DNA of 60,038 bases, the filler included, from Barthelona sp. PAP020 (Eukaryota): the NCBI GenBank assembly GCA_040182905.1. It is 2 parts of 2 records of this genome, joined end to end, with 100 filler letters (N's around TTAATTAATTAA, not from the genome) between each part and the next. Parts side by side here need not be neighbours in the genome. Positions count along the whole stretch, not along the records: positions 1 to 30,342 come from JARQWU010000115.1; 1 more part is not named here. One strand, 5' to 3'. The first letter of the stretch is position 1. Every line of letters starts with the position of its first letter. The notes under the pieces are model-generated. The model worked only from the letters and a program-made list of their open reading frames with translations. It searched no databases and was not told where the DNA came from. A program made the position numbers and the translations under genes. Shown piece by piece: positions 1 to 13,277 of this stretch.

Positions 1-181
1 TTTTTCAAAAAAAAAAAAAAAAAAGAAAAGATTTGATGTATAATCAAAATGACTAAGAATTAACTAAAATATATTTCAAATTTTACAGAAAGAAATAGCT
101 TCTCAGAAACAAGAATCAAAAAAACAATTTTAAAAGTTTTTTTTTGCAGGTAAAAATTTGTTACCTGCATTAATAATATTT

Positions 182-2502
182 ATGAATGAAAATACATTAG
201 AAATATTGAAAGGACTGAATAGTACACGAAATACAACAAGAAAAGTATTAATTTGATTAAAAAAAAATCAACACTAATTAGTTTTAGAAATATTATCGAA
301 AGTTTGGAGAATTATGCAGTGAAGAGAAATTATTGAAAGAAAATGATTATATTGATGATTTAGAAATCATTAAGGGACTGATTGAATCATCGTACAAATA
401 TTTTTTGACTTTGGAAGCTACTGATGATGATATACAAATATTTTTTCAAATAATCAATAGTTTATTATTAAAAGATTATAATCCATTGATTAAAACTATC
501 ATGAAGAAAATAAAATCGATTTTAACTGAATTTTTGATCTATTTTTTACTATGTATTGAAAATAATCATATTAACTTGAAGTTTAGACAATTATTTTGTC
601 AGACAAGTGCTAATTTATTTAAGAAATTAGTGAATTTGTCTTTAATTTCCATAAATTGTATAAATCAATTGATTATTATGGTTTTACCATTGTTGTATGA
701 GCAACACGACTGGTTATTGCAATTTTTTGTTGATGCAATTATGGTTAATTTGAATCATGATGCATTGATACCTCTTTCTAGTTATCCTAAGTATAATGTT
801 ACGTTTTACACTTCAAATAGACCTATAAAGCATCAATTTACGAATGTAATTGCGTCTAACGAATATGTTTACTTTAATTTTGAATGTTGTTGTTTGTTCA
901 TATTTTTATTTGAAAGTACACGTACAAAGAGTCCTTTATTTGTTCAATTAGGTTCTTTATGTGTTGAAAATCTGACAAATTTAGCATTAATACGAGAATT
1001 TGATAGTTATTATATGAAGATCATATTGCGGGAAAATTTTTTATTTGGTAGGTTTTCCCAGGAGATTTTGAGAGATTTATGGATAATTTCTTCTCGTTCA
1101 GCTTTAAATAAGTCAATTGTTGCTTGCATTTTACAGCTGTTGAATGTGTATGTCTTTAAAAACGAAGTTTTAGATGTAGAGATGAACTTTATTTTGTTTG
1201 AAGAATTTAAATACGATAAACCTATCATAGATAAGCAAGTTCCCGCCAATCTATTAATATTCTTCCTCACAGCTAGAATTGTTGATGAGTATTTGAATTC
1301 TCAAGGAGAAGATCTAAAGTTTATCACCAAAACACCTACATCTACCACGGATAATGCATCTTCAACAGTTGATAGATTTAGCCTTTTCAATAGTGGTCAA
1401 ACATTTGGAAATATTTCATTGAAACGTTCTCCGACTTTAATTGAGGATGCATTTCAATTCTCAAGAGAGGTTAATCTTAGAATTCTTAAGACTTCTTCCA
1501 ATCATTTGATTTTGATTTTGCTGGCTTTGTTGAAAATGGGATGTTTGACAAAGACTAATTTCAAGCAATATTCCAAACTTTTTGATCGTAAAGTTGAATT
1601 GAATGACCATGCTAAACTTTCTTTGATTCCCCTAGCAAAGAAATTTCCATTTCTAAATGAATTTTCTCTATTTCGTTCAATCAAAGGAATTTGGCCATAT
1701 GTTGGGGATCAAATGTATTCGCTTGCAGATTATCCTCTTGCATTTGAATATAATACAATTTTTTCCAGCATTAATTCATTGATATTCTTGAAATTTTTAT
1801 GGAAAAATGATTTAATTGTGATGTCGAATCAATTTGATGTATTGGATCAATTGATGCTTGGTTTATATCATGGACCATATAATAAGACTGTATCTAAGAT
1901 GTTTGGAAAGTTTTTGAAAGTTTTGAAAGAATATCCTAAATATTATGTCTATTTTGTGAATATTTGTGAAGAATACTTGATAGCTAATGAAGATTCATTA
2001 AGTATTTATCAACCGTTAATATTCTTTGAATATTTTAAAGAAAAGAATGATCGTTGGTATAAATTTGTTGTTGATAAAGTAAAAGCTCCAATTATTACTG
2101 ATAAGATGATGATGATATATTTATCTTTGGTAATGTATGAGAATAATTGGAAAGATTTGCTTGAAATAAGTAAATTAAGTTTTAAAGATTTAAATTTAAC
2201 TGATGAAGATGAAATGTTTTTTTTAACAAATTTATCTATTGAAGAAAATCTTTCTCTTTTATTAGAACAAGATATAAGATTTTCGTTTGAAGTTATTAAT
2301 AAACAAATGTTAAAGATATTGTTGAATTCCGAAAGGTTTAGCAAAAAAATTTTATTTGCTGAAAATTTATTGAAAATTCTTATTGAAAAAATTCATTTTT
2401 CTAATAATTTAGAAAAATGGATTCATATTACTAAAAAAAAGAAACGTTATTATTTTTATTCAATCTTGATTAATTTTTGTGATTTCGTTATTAATATAAA
2501 AG

Positions 2503-2537
<35 letters not shown>

Positions 2538-5500
2538 AAAGAAGAAATTTTAGTGACAATTTTTGAAATTGTCTTTGAATTGTGTTTACAAGAATCAACT
2601 TGGGATCTATTGAAAATTTTATATTCAATCATTTCAAAACATTATGAAACTTTTGATAAACTTTTGAAAGATTTTGATCAAGCTATTTTTAAAGAAATAT
2701 TTTTAGAAAGTATATATAATTTTACTCAAATTGAATTTGATATTGAAACAATTAATTTAAATGTTAAACAATTACAGAAACAACATTTTGATAAAGTTGA
2801 TGAAATGTTTGAAATGTTTAAATTTTTAAAAGATTCAAAAACATTTTTGTTATTTGATAATGAGAATAGTGATAGTAGAATTGATTTTAAAATAAATATT
2901 GGAAATATTTATGAATTTTTGAAAGTTTATTTTGATTTATTATTAGATCGTTTGATTTATAATGTTGATACTATTGTAATATTAATTTTTGCTAAGAATG
3001 ATTTGAGTGAATTTCTTTTGAATAAATTTCAAGCGTTTTCAAACAATATTGCTTTACAATTTCATATTTTAACAATCTTAAATACTTATCAATTAATATT
3101 TCATAATAAAATTATATATAAATTTCCTTTAACTTTATTTGAAAATGATTCATTTTGGTTATTAAGTTCATATATTTTATTGAAAAGTGATATTTTAAAA
3201 TCAACAAAAACAAAGACAAAAACAAATTTTTTTTTAACAGAACAACAACAATTGATATTAACTAATGAATTATTAGTCAATATTGGTAAAAATACTAATA
3301 ATGTTTCAATGAGATTATATATTCCTTACTTTGTTTTATATAGTTTTTCAATTTTTGATTTTTTTACAATATTTAAAGGTAAAGAAGAAGAAAAAGAAGA
3401 AGAAGAAGAAGAACAAGACGAAGAAGAAGAAGAATATGAAGAAAAAGAATTTGAAAGATTTATTTATACTTTATTAAATCCAATTTCAGCAAATTATGAT
3501 CAAAATAATGAATTATCTATTCAACAAATTATAAAGAAATTGATTAATCAATCTAATTATTTAATTTCTTATCTTTTTCATCATTTAAGATTAAAGAATT
3601 ATTCAACATATTTGAAAAAATTCACTCGAATCATTTTTGATTTAACTGATTTAAGTTCTTGTATAATAACTGAAACAATAATTATATCAATCATATCAAT
3701 CATATTTGATAATGATTCTTTAAATAATATGGATATACAATGTATACAATTATTAAAAGAATATTATTTAAATACAAATAAAATTAGTAAGAAATTGAAT
3801 AATTACTATTTTTGTTTGATACATTTTTATAAATTAGATGAATATTTTAATAATCCTATTGATACAAACAATAACAACAAAAATTTTGAGATTAATGGAG
3901 GTAATGAATTAAATGATGAATTGAGTATGATTGAAATTTTGAAATCTTTTGATATGAAAAACCCTTCTATTAGAATTCAAAGTCTTGCTAGATTAGAAGT
4001 GGAATCTTTAATCAATGATTTATTAAGTAGAAATGATGATGATAATAACCATCAAAACAATCCTAAGTTAAACATGTTATTCAATTCAAAAGAAACTTTA
4101 GTTGTTTTTCAAAATTTGATTAAATTACCATGGTTAAAAGATTTAGCTGTTAGAGTTTATAACATTTTTATTGATTTATTGAATAGTCAAGATTTATTGT
4201 TTTTTTACAGTTTTGAAGAAGAAATAGAAGAAGATGATGATAAATTATTTCCTTCCAATAATGAAAATAATAACAACAATAATTTCAATGAAACCAAATA
4301 TTTATTACAAAAAATGGATAATTTATTAAGCAATTATTATGATTCAACTGAATTAAATTATGTCTTTTCAATATTAGCATTTTTGACCAAACTCAATGAA
4401 AAAGATATTGTGCCTCTCTGGTGGGATTCTAACTATATTCTTTCAAATGAATTCATTGAATCTCAATATCAATCTCTAAACAAATTAAACAATTTTTTAT
4501 TGGAAAAATTGGAAAAATTGAAAATTTCTTTAACCAATGAAAATGTTTTAAATTTAATGCCACCTTTAACTCCTTTAATTAAGTTTATTCGATTGAATAA
4601 TGATTTGACAGATATTATTGTATATTTAATGAGTTATTTGAGTGTCAAATTAGATCCAAATATTATTGTTTCAGATTGGATAAATCCTATGATCAATAAC
4701 AACAATAACTTTGGAATGAATCTTAAAACTGAAAAATTTGTTGAACATTTAGCTTTTGAACATTTAAATATTTTGAATGTTCGTTATGGTGATTGTTTAG
4801 AATTGATTGGAAAGAAAGAATTTGAACAGAGTTACGCAAGTCTTATAGATTTTACTCAAAACAATGTATTTTCATTGTTATTAAATTCTCATGTTACTAT
4901 TCAACCTTTTTTTAATTTTACAAAGGGTATTCAAAACAATAACAATAATGAAGCTGTAGATGTTGATAGAAGAGAAAAAACAACTTGTAAATTGAAATTT
5001 TCCACTGAATCAATTATTTCACAAATAAAAAAAGAGATATTATATTCTACTTCTACTTCTTCTACTTCTACTTCTACTTGTATTTCAGCTTCTGAATTAT
5101 GGAATTCTAATTTTGATCCTTCAAAATGGACATCTCAAACTATTTTTCAAACAAATGAAAAGAATGAAACAAATGAAAATAATTTTTTGAATTTAACCTT
5201 ATTTAGGGTTAAGCAAAATATTTTAGAAAAAAATTATGGAAAAGTTTGTGAAATCATTGAAAATTTTATATATACAGAAAAGCCTATTGATTTAATACAA
5301 TATAAGTTGACTAATTTTCATATTTCAGCAACATTGACAAAAATGCTAAGGGAATTAAATCTGGTTAAAAATACACCTTTAGATTTACAAACTTCAACTT
5401 TAAATGGTTGGATAGAATTGTTTTTAATGAATTCTTATCAAAGTTTTCAAAGTTTTGATAATTTCAATAATTTCAATAATTTTGATAATTTTGATAATTC

Positions 5501-8453
5501 TGTAAAAACTATCAAAATTTTAAATAATAAGTGGTTATTTGAATTGGCTTGTACAACAGAGAATAACTTAGTTAAAACAATTGCTTTAGAAAATGTTTTA
5601 AAATTTGAAAATAATTTGGTCACTTTACAAAATCTTGGAAAAAGAATTTCCTTGTTTAAAAAGAGTAATATTGAAGAATATCAATCTTTATTTAAAATAT
5701 TGGTAAATATTGAAGGGATGTCTGAATATTTAACACAATTATTCCTTCCTACTGAAGATTTTATATTTGAAATAGATGAAAATGAACAAATATTACCAAA
5801 AACTTTGATTAATTTATTTCAAACTCTTTTAACTAATAAAACAATTCATTGTCATGCAAATTCTAATGATAATGTAAATGTTGAAAAGTTAAGAAATGAA
5901 TTATTTAATTCTTTGATTTCTTTTCAAAACTTTTCATTAATTTTAAAAAGTTTTAATTATTGTTATGATGATACCATTGAATTTTCAGCAATTGCTGCTA
6001 ATTTTGATAATATGTTTCGAAAACTGATGGATATTTCTTTATCTACACCACATCAAGCAAGAATCAATAGAATACTTCAATTAGAAAAGATTAAAGATAT
6101 TGAACATTCGAATACGAATGGAATTAATTCAATAAATTTAAATGAATATAAGAAACGAGTGATCACTGATTTGAAAGAGATAATTCAACATTATAAACAT
6201 ACAAGTTTATGTGGGTTAACAAGTTTATTTAGTTATTTACAATATTTAACATTGACCAATGAAATCAAAGAAAATTCAGCAATCAATTTGTTTTCTACTT
6301 GGTGGAAATTGAAAGAACTTTTTGAATTGGTCAATAAATTACCAAATGATTCATTTCAAAGTGTCAAATTTTTCATTAGTAAAATCTTATTTATTGCTAC
6401 CACTTTAATTGATAAATCATTCATAGGTACATTGTTTAGTACTTTTGTTTATGAAAAGAATAACAACAATAACAAAAAGAACAAACAGACTAATAATGAA
6501 ACATTTAAATTATCGATTGGTAATATTGCTGATGGTTATTCAATTGATCCAATGATATTTTTTGATTATTTTTTGATTTCTCATGATGGGGATGATATTA
6601 AGAAGAATAAGAATAAGAATACAAACCATCATCTATTATCATCTTCATTATTGTTACAAACAAGTCGTTCATTAATTAATAGAATAAAGAATCTTGATTT
6701 TGATATGAAAGATTTTCTTTCACAAAAAATTCACGATGAAAATATGGCAAACAATCCTGATTTTAATGATTGTTTAAATTATTATCAAATTGTTTCTAAT
6801 TTATTAGCTTTTAGATTGATAGCAATTTATCCTAAACATGTTGCATTCTTTACTTTCAAAAAAGCTTTGAGTGTTCCTTGCTTATACGATTTTTTAAGTC
6901 ATTTGGTTGAAGTTGATCCAGCAATTAAAAACATTTTCACTGGTATTGAAACATTTGCTAACATTATGAAAAAATTGGTCAAACCTTCAAAAGCAAGAAA
7001 AGATAAATCAATTGTTGAAGTTTGGAGAAGACAAATCAAAACTGTTTTGAACAAATTTTCTCTTGGTAGTAATGAGGTTTTAACTGATTTAAGAAAATGT
7101 CATGTGATTAGTAGCACTTTAAATTATGCTAAATTTCCTGAAGATGTTTTTTTCAATACAATGCAAATGTATATTCCAAATTGTATAGTTGACATACATA
7201 TGAATAATTTTACAAGTGTTGCTATAAATGTTGATGATGTTACAATTCGATATTTATCAACTGAATATTGTGAATTAGGAGGTATTACATCACCAACAAA
7301 ATTTCATATTAAAGGTTCAAATGGTAAGATATATCCATTTATTCTAAAAAATGAAGATTTGACAGTATCTTCAGTAATATATGATTTTTTCAACTATGTT
7401 AACAACATTCTAGCAAGCAATGGCTTCCCTGCTAAACATACATTAAAAACTTACAAAATTGTCCCTATACCAACATCTGCTTCCACAAAATCATCTTCGT
7501 CTAATACATCAATTGGTTATATTGAATGGATTTCAGGTACAATAGCTCTTAGAAACTATATTTTATTAAGTAACGTCGAATCAACCGCTTTATCAAAAGT
7601 TAAGGATCGTGCTAAAGCTAGAGAACATTTGGAATTTTTAGGCGCTCATTTACGTTATTTTCCAAACGATTTATCCACAGTAGAAGCTCATACTATTTTC
7701 GATAAGTCAATTACAACAAACTTTGGACCTAATTTCGGAAACAAATTGAAGAATTTCGAGTTTGACAGCGAAACTGAGGGCTTAGCAAGTCATTTGGAAA
7801 CTTTTCAAAATATTAAGAAGAAATTCAATCCAGTGTTAGGTTTTTGGTTCTCAGAACAAGCTTTTGCAAGAGGCTCACATTTTGAACATTCCAGTCGATT
7901 ATTCTTTGAACTTAAAAACAATTTTTTAATTTCTTGTGCAGTGAATTCAATTGTGGGTCATATTGTTGGTCTAGGTGATCGACATTTGAGCAATATATTA
8001 ATCATGGAAAATACTGGATCCATTGTCAATATTGATTTGGAATTGTTGTTTGACGATGCTAAGGTTCTGCAAATTCCTGAAAAAGTACCTTTCAGATTGA
8101 CTTCTAATATTATACATGCTTTAGGCGGCGTAAGTGTTCTCAATTCAAAGTTTAAAGCAGAAATGACGAAAATTTATCGAATTATGGTGAATAACGGCGT
8201 TCCTTTGATTGCCATTTGTGAATCAATCATTCAAAGTAATTTGGGACGTTCTTTTGGTGATGATAATGAGGAAAATTCTCTTGCTGATCGAGCTTTGAGT
8301 TTGGTTAATAAAAAATTATTCTTTGGGCAGTTTAGTGTGCCTTCCAGTGCTTTAAAAGATGAAACATATAATTATATTTCAGAGTTGATTAATCAAGCAA
8401 CCGATGATAGAAATCTTTGTCTTATGTTTAAAGGTTGGTCACCGTGGGTTTAG
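182..8453 (+). CDS. ATM: ATM/Tel1-like PIKK kinase, 2 exons (182-244, 288-8453), about 2742 aa
   Basis: C-terminal PI3K-like kinase domain (GSNGKIY, VGHIVGLGDRHLSNILI, IDL, PEKVPFRLT) and FATC end (LINQATDDRNLCLMFKGWSPWV). The track ORF starts at TTG 333. ATG 182 plus removal of intron 245-287 joins in frame and gives an N-terminus (LNSTRNTTRKKYYRKF) resembling the ATM TAN motif. Some kinase residues are ATR-like, so ATM versus ATR is not fully certain. Confidence 0.8.
245..287 (+). other. 43-nt spliceosomal intron in the ATM-like gene
   Basis: GTATTA...ACACTAATTAGTTTTAG, phase 0. Contains an in-frame TGA; removal fuses ATG 182 to the long ORF. Confidence 0.8.
2505..2537 (+). repeat. (CAA)11 polyglutamine microsatellite in the ATM-like CDS
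   Basis: Read directly from the sequence. A GAA-rich poly-Glu tract also occurs at about 3384-3450. Confidence 0.9.
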
Positions 8454-8919
8454 TTCTTTTATTTTTTTTCCTCTTTTTGTTGATATAAACAGCTAAATTT
8501 TTATTTTTTGTGTTACTGCATCAGCATCCCTATTCACCCAATATATTATTTTTTGGATGTACTCTGCAATGAAATACGTATTCAATGTTCTTGTTGAATG
8601 TCTAAAGAATCAAAAAATTCGCTTTTTGTCACAAAACAACTGTGAAATCTTGCATATTGAAAAGAAATGAACCTTAACAAAGAACATCAGTTTTCTTATG
8701 ACATAACACAATATAAATATTGCAAATTGAAATTTTTCATTGTTGAAAACCACCCTAAAAGTTCAATTTTTCTTTTCAACTGAATTTATTTTTAAACAAT
8801 GAAATTTCTGCTACAAAAAAGAAAAAAAGCGCAAATATTTATGAGAAGCACATCAAACATGAATTGATGCAAAAAAAAAACCTGAAATTTGAAATTTTCA
8901 AATTTCAAATTATTAAAAA

Positions 8920-9888
8920 CTATTGGTACGTCTTACTTTGTAAAAGATAAGCATCAAGAATGGAAGAGAGTGAATATATCAATTTGACATCATTTTGCAA
9001 GATAGAAACAAATATATGAGATAATTGTTCAAATCCCAAAAGAGAATGAGCTTTCAAATTGCTGCGAATTAAAATCAAAGCATTTTCTACTTTTTTGGAA
9101 GCATTCTCAAGATCCATGTCAAAACTATCAAGCAAATTTTCATTCAATTGACAAATATAATTTGAATAAAAGATGGCAACAGGTAAACAGGGTAAAACGT
9201 CTGAAAAATTTGTAAACTTTGTTCTCAACAATCTCCAAAAGGCTTCACAAGCTTCATTTTTCTTCTTAATAATTAGATAACAAGAATTTAAATGCTTTTT
9301 GCTGGGAGAATTGATAGATGGTGCGTTCATTAAAATTTTTTGACATAAGACCTGAAATCGAAGCTCAGAATGAGGTTGACTTTGGATTTTGGAAAGTTTC
9401 ATCACAAAATTTTTTGCAGCAAATAGAAAACGCTTCTTTAACCTGTTATACTTCTTTTTCAAATCAATTTCATCATTTATCGCTTCAAAATTACTCAGCT
9501 TCAAACTATTAAGACTATTATCTTGAATAAGCGTGTTATATAAGGGAGATAACTGATGAATGCACATCTTTTCTGCAAGAATAGTAATCAAGAAATTTAA
9601 ACAAATTAAAATGAGCAGGGGCGATTTTATTTTTGATAAAATAAAAACAAATGGACAATTCAATACGACTAATTCTCTGACTAATATTGTGTATTTTGTA
9701 TTGATTGATCTGTCTAAAATTTTATGGTAAGTGCTTTCATCTTTATTGTTTTTTAATTTGAATAAAGCTATCATATTTGCATTTAATAATGGATCAATAG
9801 CAATTTTCGAATCATTTAAAGCTTGAAATAACATTTGAGCATCTATTTTAATTCCAACATATTCACATAGCTCAATAAATCCATTCAT
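8920..9888 (-). CDS. hypothetical protein, 322 aa
   Basis: Long ATG-initiated ORF in AT-rich DNA; no motif recognised. Confidence 0.7.
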   Translation of the reverse strand: MNGFIELCEYVGIKIDAQMLFQALNDSKIAIDPLLNANMIALFKLKNNKDESTYHKILDRSINTKYTILVRELVVLNCPFVFILSKIKSPLLILICLNFLITILAEKMCIHQLSPLYNTLIQDNSLNSLKLSNFEAINDEIDLKKKYNRLKKRFLFAAKNFVMKLSKIQSQPHSELRFQVLCQKILMNAPSINSPSKKHLNSCYLIIKKKNEACEAFWRLLRTKFTNFSDVLPCLPVAIFYSNYICQLNENLLDSFDMDLENASKKVENALILIRSNLKAHSLLGFEQLSHIFVSILQNDVKLIYSLSSILDAYLLQSKTYQ

Positions 9889-10180
9889 TTGTTTAATTTT
9901 TTTTTGTTTTTATCAATCAAACTATTAAAATTAATTGATTGATAATTTGTTAACAGAAAAATAAAAAATTTTTTTTTTTTTGATTTGATTTGAGGTGGGA
10001 AAGCCAATTTCCGATCTTTCTTTTTTTTTTTTTTTCCATTATTACAGCGAGTCTTTGACTAAAATGAACTGTTATTAACCTGTAATATTAATTTATAATT
10101 TAATTGCCTTTTTCCATTTCATAATATTAACAGATAACAATAATTATTTTTGTATTTTTTTATTTATCATCTAATTAGTA

Positions 10181-12604
10181 ATGAATAATACTCAAAAAAA
10201 TTATCCAACGTTTGGAAGAATGAGGAGTAATTTACGACCATCTTCAAATAGAAAAAGAACTTTTAGGCCTGTTCCTTCTTCAAATAAATCAACGATAAGA
10301 ACAACACAAGATATATCTCAAGCCAATTTGAAAATTGATGAATTTGATAGCGTTAAAAAACTTCAAAAATCTGATATATATTTTTCTGATCTTTCTTCTC
10401 GTTTAAAGTTACCACTGACAAAAGAAATTGAGTTTAATCGTGTTCAAAGTGCAAGATTGAACAGTTCAACCCCGAATGTTGTTCGAACGATATCACGTTC
10501 AGATAGTATTTCTTCTTTTTTATCCGCTACCAACTCTTTAAGGGCTTCTAGACCTCAATCTGCCAAAGCGCTCAGGTCTGTTTCCCAACTGCAGCAGTCT
10601 AGGGGGAAGTTATTGCCTTCTTTTCAAAAACAGCAATTCTCTCAACCTCAATCCAACCGGCAATCAAACAAAAAAGACAATAGAGATGATGATAGGAATG
10701 GTAAGGACAGATTGAATCTTGACCGCAGAGGACTTAATTCGATTCCCAAATTGCATAATCAAGAACATTTACATTTGCTAAATTTACAGCATAACAACAT
10801 TACTATGATACAAAGCTTGCAGGGGTTGAGTAATCTGATATTTTTAGATTTGTACGACAATCAGATTAAGTCAATTCATAACCTTCAATTTTTGCCAAAT
10901 TTGCGTGTGTTAATGCTTGGTAAGAATCGTATTCGTCGAATTGAAAATTTAGAGATGTTGACGAAGTTGGATGTATTAGACCTTCATTCAAATCTAATAC
11001 AAAAGATTGAGGGTCTGGAGAACTTAAAGGATTTGCGCGTTTTAAATTTAGCGGGTAATTGTATTCAAACTGTCGAGAACTTGTCGAATTTGACGAATTT
11101 GAACGAAGTGAATCTGCGAAGGAATCAAATAACTCAAATGAACTCACTTAAGAAGTTGAAACATTTATCCAGATTGTTTTTGAACTATAATGAGATGACT
11201 ATGGTTGAGACGATATTGAATGCTGTATGTTGTGAAGAAATGATAGAGTTAGGGGTAGAAAATAATTTTTTTTGTGCTAAGGATGCATTGTATCGACAAA
11301 AGATCATTGTTTATTTCCCCGTACTTCATCAATTGGATGGAAAAATTGTATCTCCTACTGAAAGGCGTGTTGCCATCACTGTAATTGACAAAAGACAATA
11401 TCAATTGCCGATTTCATCGAATCAACAAACTGATCAAGCAAATAAGGGTGAAATACCTAGCAGAACTAATGATTTTAATGTTAGTTTTCAACAAAAAAAT
11501 TCCAGAGATAAGGAAGAGATTAAAGAAATAAGAAACTTGGGTAAAATATCAAAATCTAATTTACAACAGCCTCGTATTCAAGCAGAAGTACAAATTCAAA
11601 TCCAAACAAGTGATAAAACGGATCAAATAAAGAATAAATCTTTTGATATATCTGAAGATTCTTCCAAAACAATCACACAACAAAATAAAAATATTTCAGC
11701 AAAAATCACCGGGTTAACTAACAATGTAAAGCCTAAACCTTTACTAAATACAAGCAAATCTTTTGATTCTGCTACAACAAGTGATTTTTCCCCAAATTCT
11801 CAACATTTTGTCAATAATACTTCAATAAAAGAATGGCCAGAGACTTCATCAGAAAATTTAAATAAAATATCGGATGGTCATGTTATTAATCAAGTTTTAG
11901 TAATCACAGGAAATCCTGCTTCATGTTTGGAACAATTTTATCAGCACAAAATTAAGGCTATTCATTTAATCAGTCCACAATTTATTTCATTTTGCAAAAA
12001 TTTTATTCAACAACTTTCATCAGGTAGATATCTCGGCATTCATGAAATCATTTTGGAAAATGTTTCAAACTTTTCCAAACTTTTTTTGTTGAGTTTTTTT
12101 GGGAAATATTTATCCAATTGGACAAGGTTACAAATTATCAACAGTTCCATTGAAAATACGTCTGAAGAGTTTTTTAGTTCTTTGGTCGCCTCCCAATTAC
12201 CTTTTCTTAAAGAATTCAATGGTCATGAATTATCCAGCGATTTTATCATAAAAGGTCAAACAATTTTTCAAAAAATTGAACAAATATCTTTTATTCCTTC
12301 TATATTTCAAGTTCCTGATAAAAATTTTGGATTCAAGAGGAACCCAAATATGAATAATTTAAAATTTAAGAAAAAATCACAAACAATTACAGAACAGATA
12401 TTTCAACATTGTTTTAATGTTTCTAAAAGGTGTAATGAAATAAATCAACAGTTTGAAATTCAAATTCAGGCTTATTTATTGAAAAAATTTGATTTCAACA
12501 ATTTAGATGAAAATCTATTTGCAGATGACCTTTTGGATCATTTAAAAAATTTAAATGATTCTAATGTAACCAATATAGAAAGAAAACATTCCATAAATGC
12601 ATAG
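10181..12604 (+). CDS. LRRC49: leucine-rich repeat protein LRRC49-like (tubulin polyglutamylase complex subunit)
   Basis: SDS22-type LRR array (RLNLDRRGL...LLNLQHNNI...LDLYDNQI...LRVLMLGKNRIRRIENL...LDVLDLHSN) followed by an LRR cap (LHQLDGKIVSPTERR), matching the LRRC49 layout. Confidence 0.8.
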   Translation: MNNTQKNYPTFGRMRSNLRPSSNRKRTFRPVPSSNKSTIRTTQDISQANLKIDEFDSVKKLQKSDIYFSDLSSRLKLPLTKEIEFNRVQSARLNSSTPNVVRTISRSDSISSFLSATNSLRASRPQSAKALRSVSQLQQSRGKLLPSFQKQQFSQPQSNRQSNKKDNRDDDRNGKDRLNLDRRGLNSIPKLHNQEHLHLLNLQHNNITMIQSLQGLSNLIFLDLYDNQIKSIHNLQFLPNLRVLMLGKNRIRRIENLEMLTKLDVLDLHSNLIQKIEGLENLKDLRVLNLAGNCIQTVENLSNLTNLNEVNLRRNQITQMNSLKKLKHLSRLFLNYNEMTMVETILNAVCCEEMIELGVENNFFCAKDALYRQKIIVYFPVLHQLDGKIVSPTERRVAITVIDKRQYQLPISSNQQTDQANKGEIPSRTNDFNVSFQQKNSRDKEEIKEIRNLGKISKSNLQQPRIQAEVQIQIQTSDKTDQIKNKSFDISEDSSKTITQQNKNISAKITGLTNNVKPKPLLNTSKSFDSATTSDFSPNSQHFVNNTSIKEWPETSSENLNKISDGHVINQVLVITGNPASCLEQFYQHKIKAIHLISPQFISFCKNFIQQLSSGRYLGIHEIILENVSNFSKLFLLSFFGKYLSNWTRLQIINSSIENTSEEFFSSLVASQLPFLKEFNGHELSSDFIIKGQTIFQKIEQISFIPSIFQVPDKNFGFKRNPNMNNLKFKKKSQTITEQIFQHCFNVSKRCNEINQQFEIQIQAYLLKKFDFNNLDENLFADDLLDHLKNLNDSNVTNIERKHSINA

Positions 12605-12646
12605 TTTTGTTTTATATTTAATTTTTATTTCAATTATTGTATATCA

Positions 12647-13231
12647 ATGAAAATTAAATTAAATTTCACAACAGAAAAGCCTTCAAAACGATTGATTAAA
12701 GATTTTAATTCATTGATCACAAAGAGTAATGAAGAAGTAATGAAATTGTTCAGAGAGTGTTTTGATGTGTTGCAAAAAGGGGATGTAGAAATTCCAAACG
12801 ATTTATCAAAAGAAGATACTTCAATTTTTCATTCCATTCTAGATGTCACAATGCAAAGTTTAAAAAATAGAATTGAAAGAGATGATTTTGTTTCTGATTT
12901 ATTAACTTTAGGGATCGAAGAAGGTTTAGCTTCATCTATAGGTAACATATATTTGTCAAAATTCATGGATATTTCACGAAATTTGCTTCAATCAACAATA
13001 CACAAAAATCGTCCAATCGATCTTCAATGGCAATTCGGTATTACAACCTCCAATGATAAAATGAATTCGGTTGGGTCTAATTATGTTCAATTGTCAATAG
13101 GTTTGGAACAAAATGGTGTTGTTGAAAGAAAACTTGTTGAAATGTCCTTGAGACAATTTTATGAATTACTTGGTACTCTTGATGAGGTGAAGAATGAATT
13201 GTCAAATGTAAGCATGACAGGAGTGTTATAA
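12647..13231 (+). CDS. COMMD7: COMM domain protein 7
   Basis: C-terminal COMM domain DLQWQFGITTSNDKMNSVGSNYVQL...VEMSLRQFYELL closely follows the COMMD7 pattern (WKFGVT..S.....VG..FLQL...EL.L.QFY.FL). Confidence 0.8.
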   Translation: MKIKLNFTTEKPSKRLIKDFNSLITKSNEEVMKLFRECFDVLQKGDVEIPNDLSKEDTSIFHSILDVTMQSLKNRIERDDFVSDLLTLGIEEGLASSIGNIYLSKFMDISRNLLQSTIHKNRPIDLQWQFGITTSNDKMNSVGSNYVQLSIGLEQNGVVERKLVEMSLRQFYELLGTLDEVKNELSNVSMTGVL

Positions 13232-13277
13232 ATATTTGTATGTTGTTTTGAACAGATTATTTTTTTTTTCAATTGAA

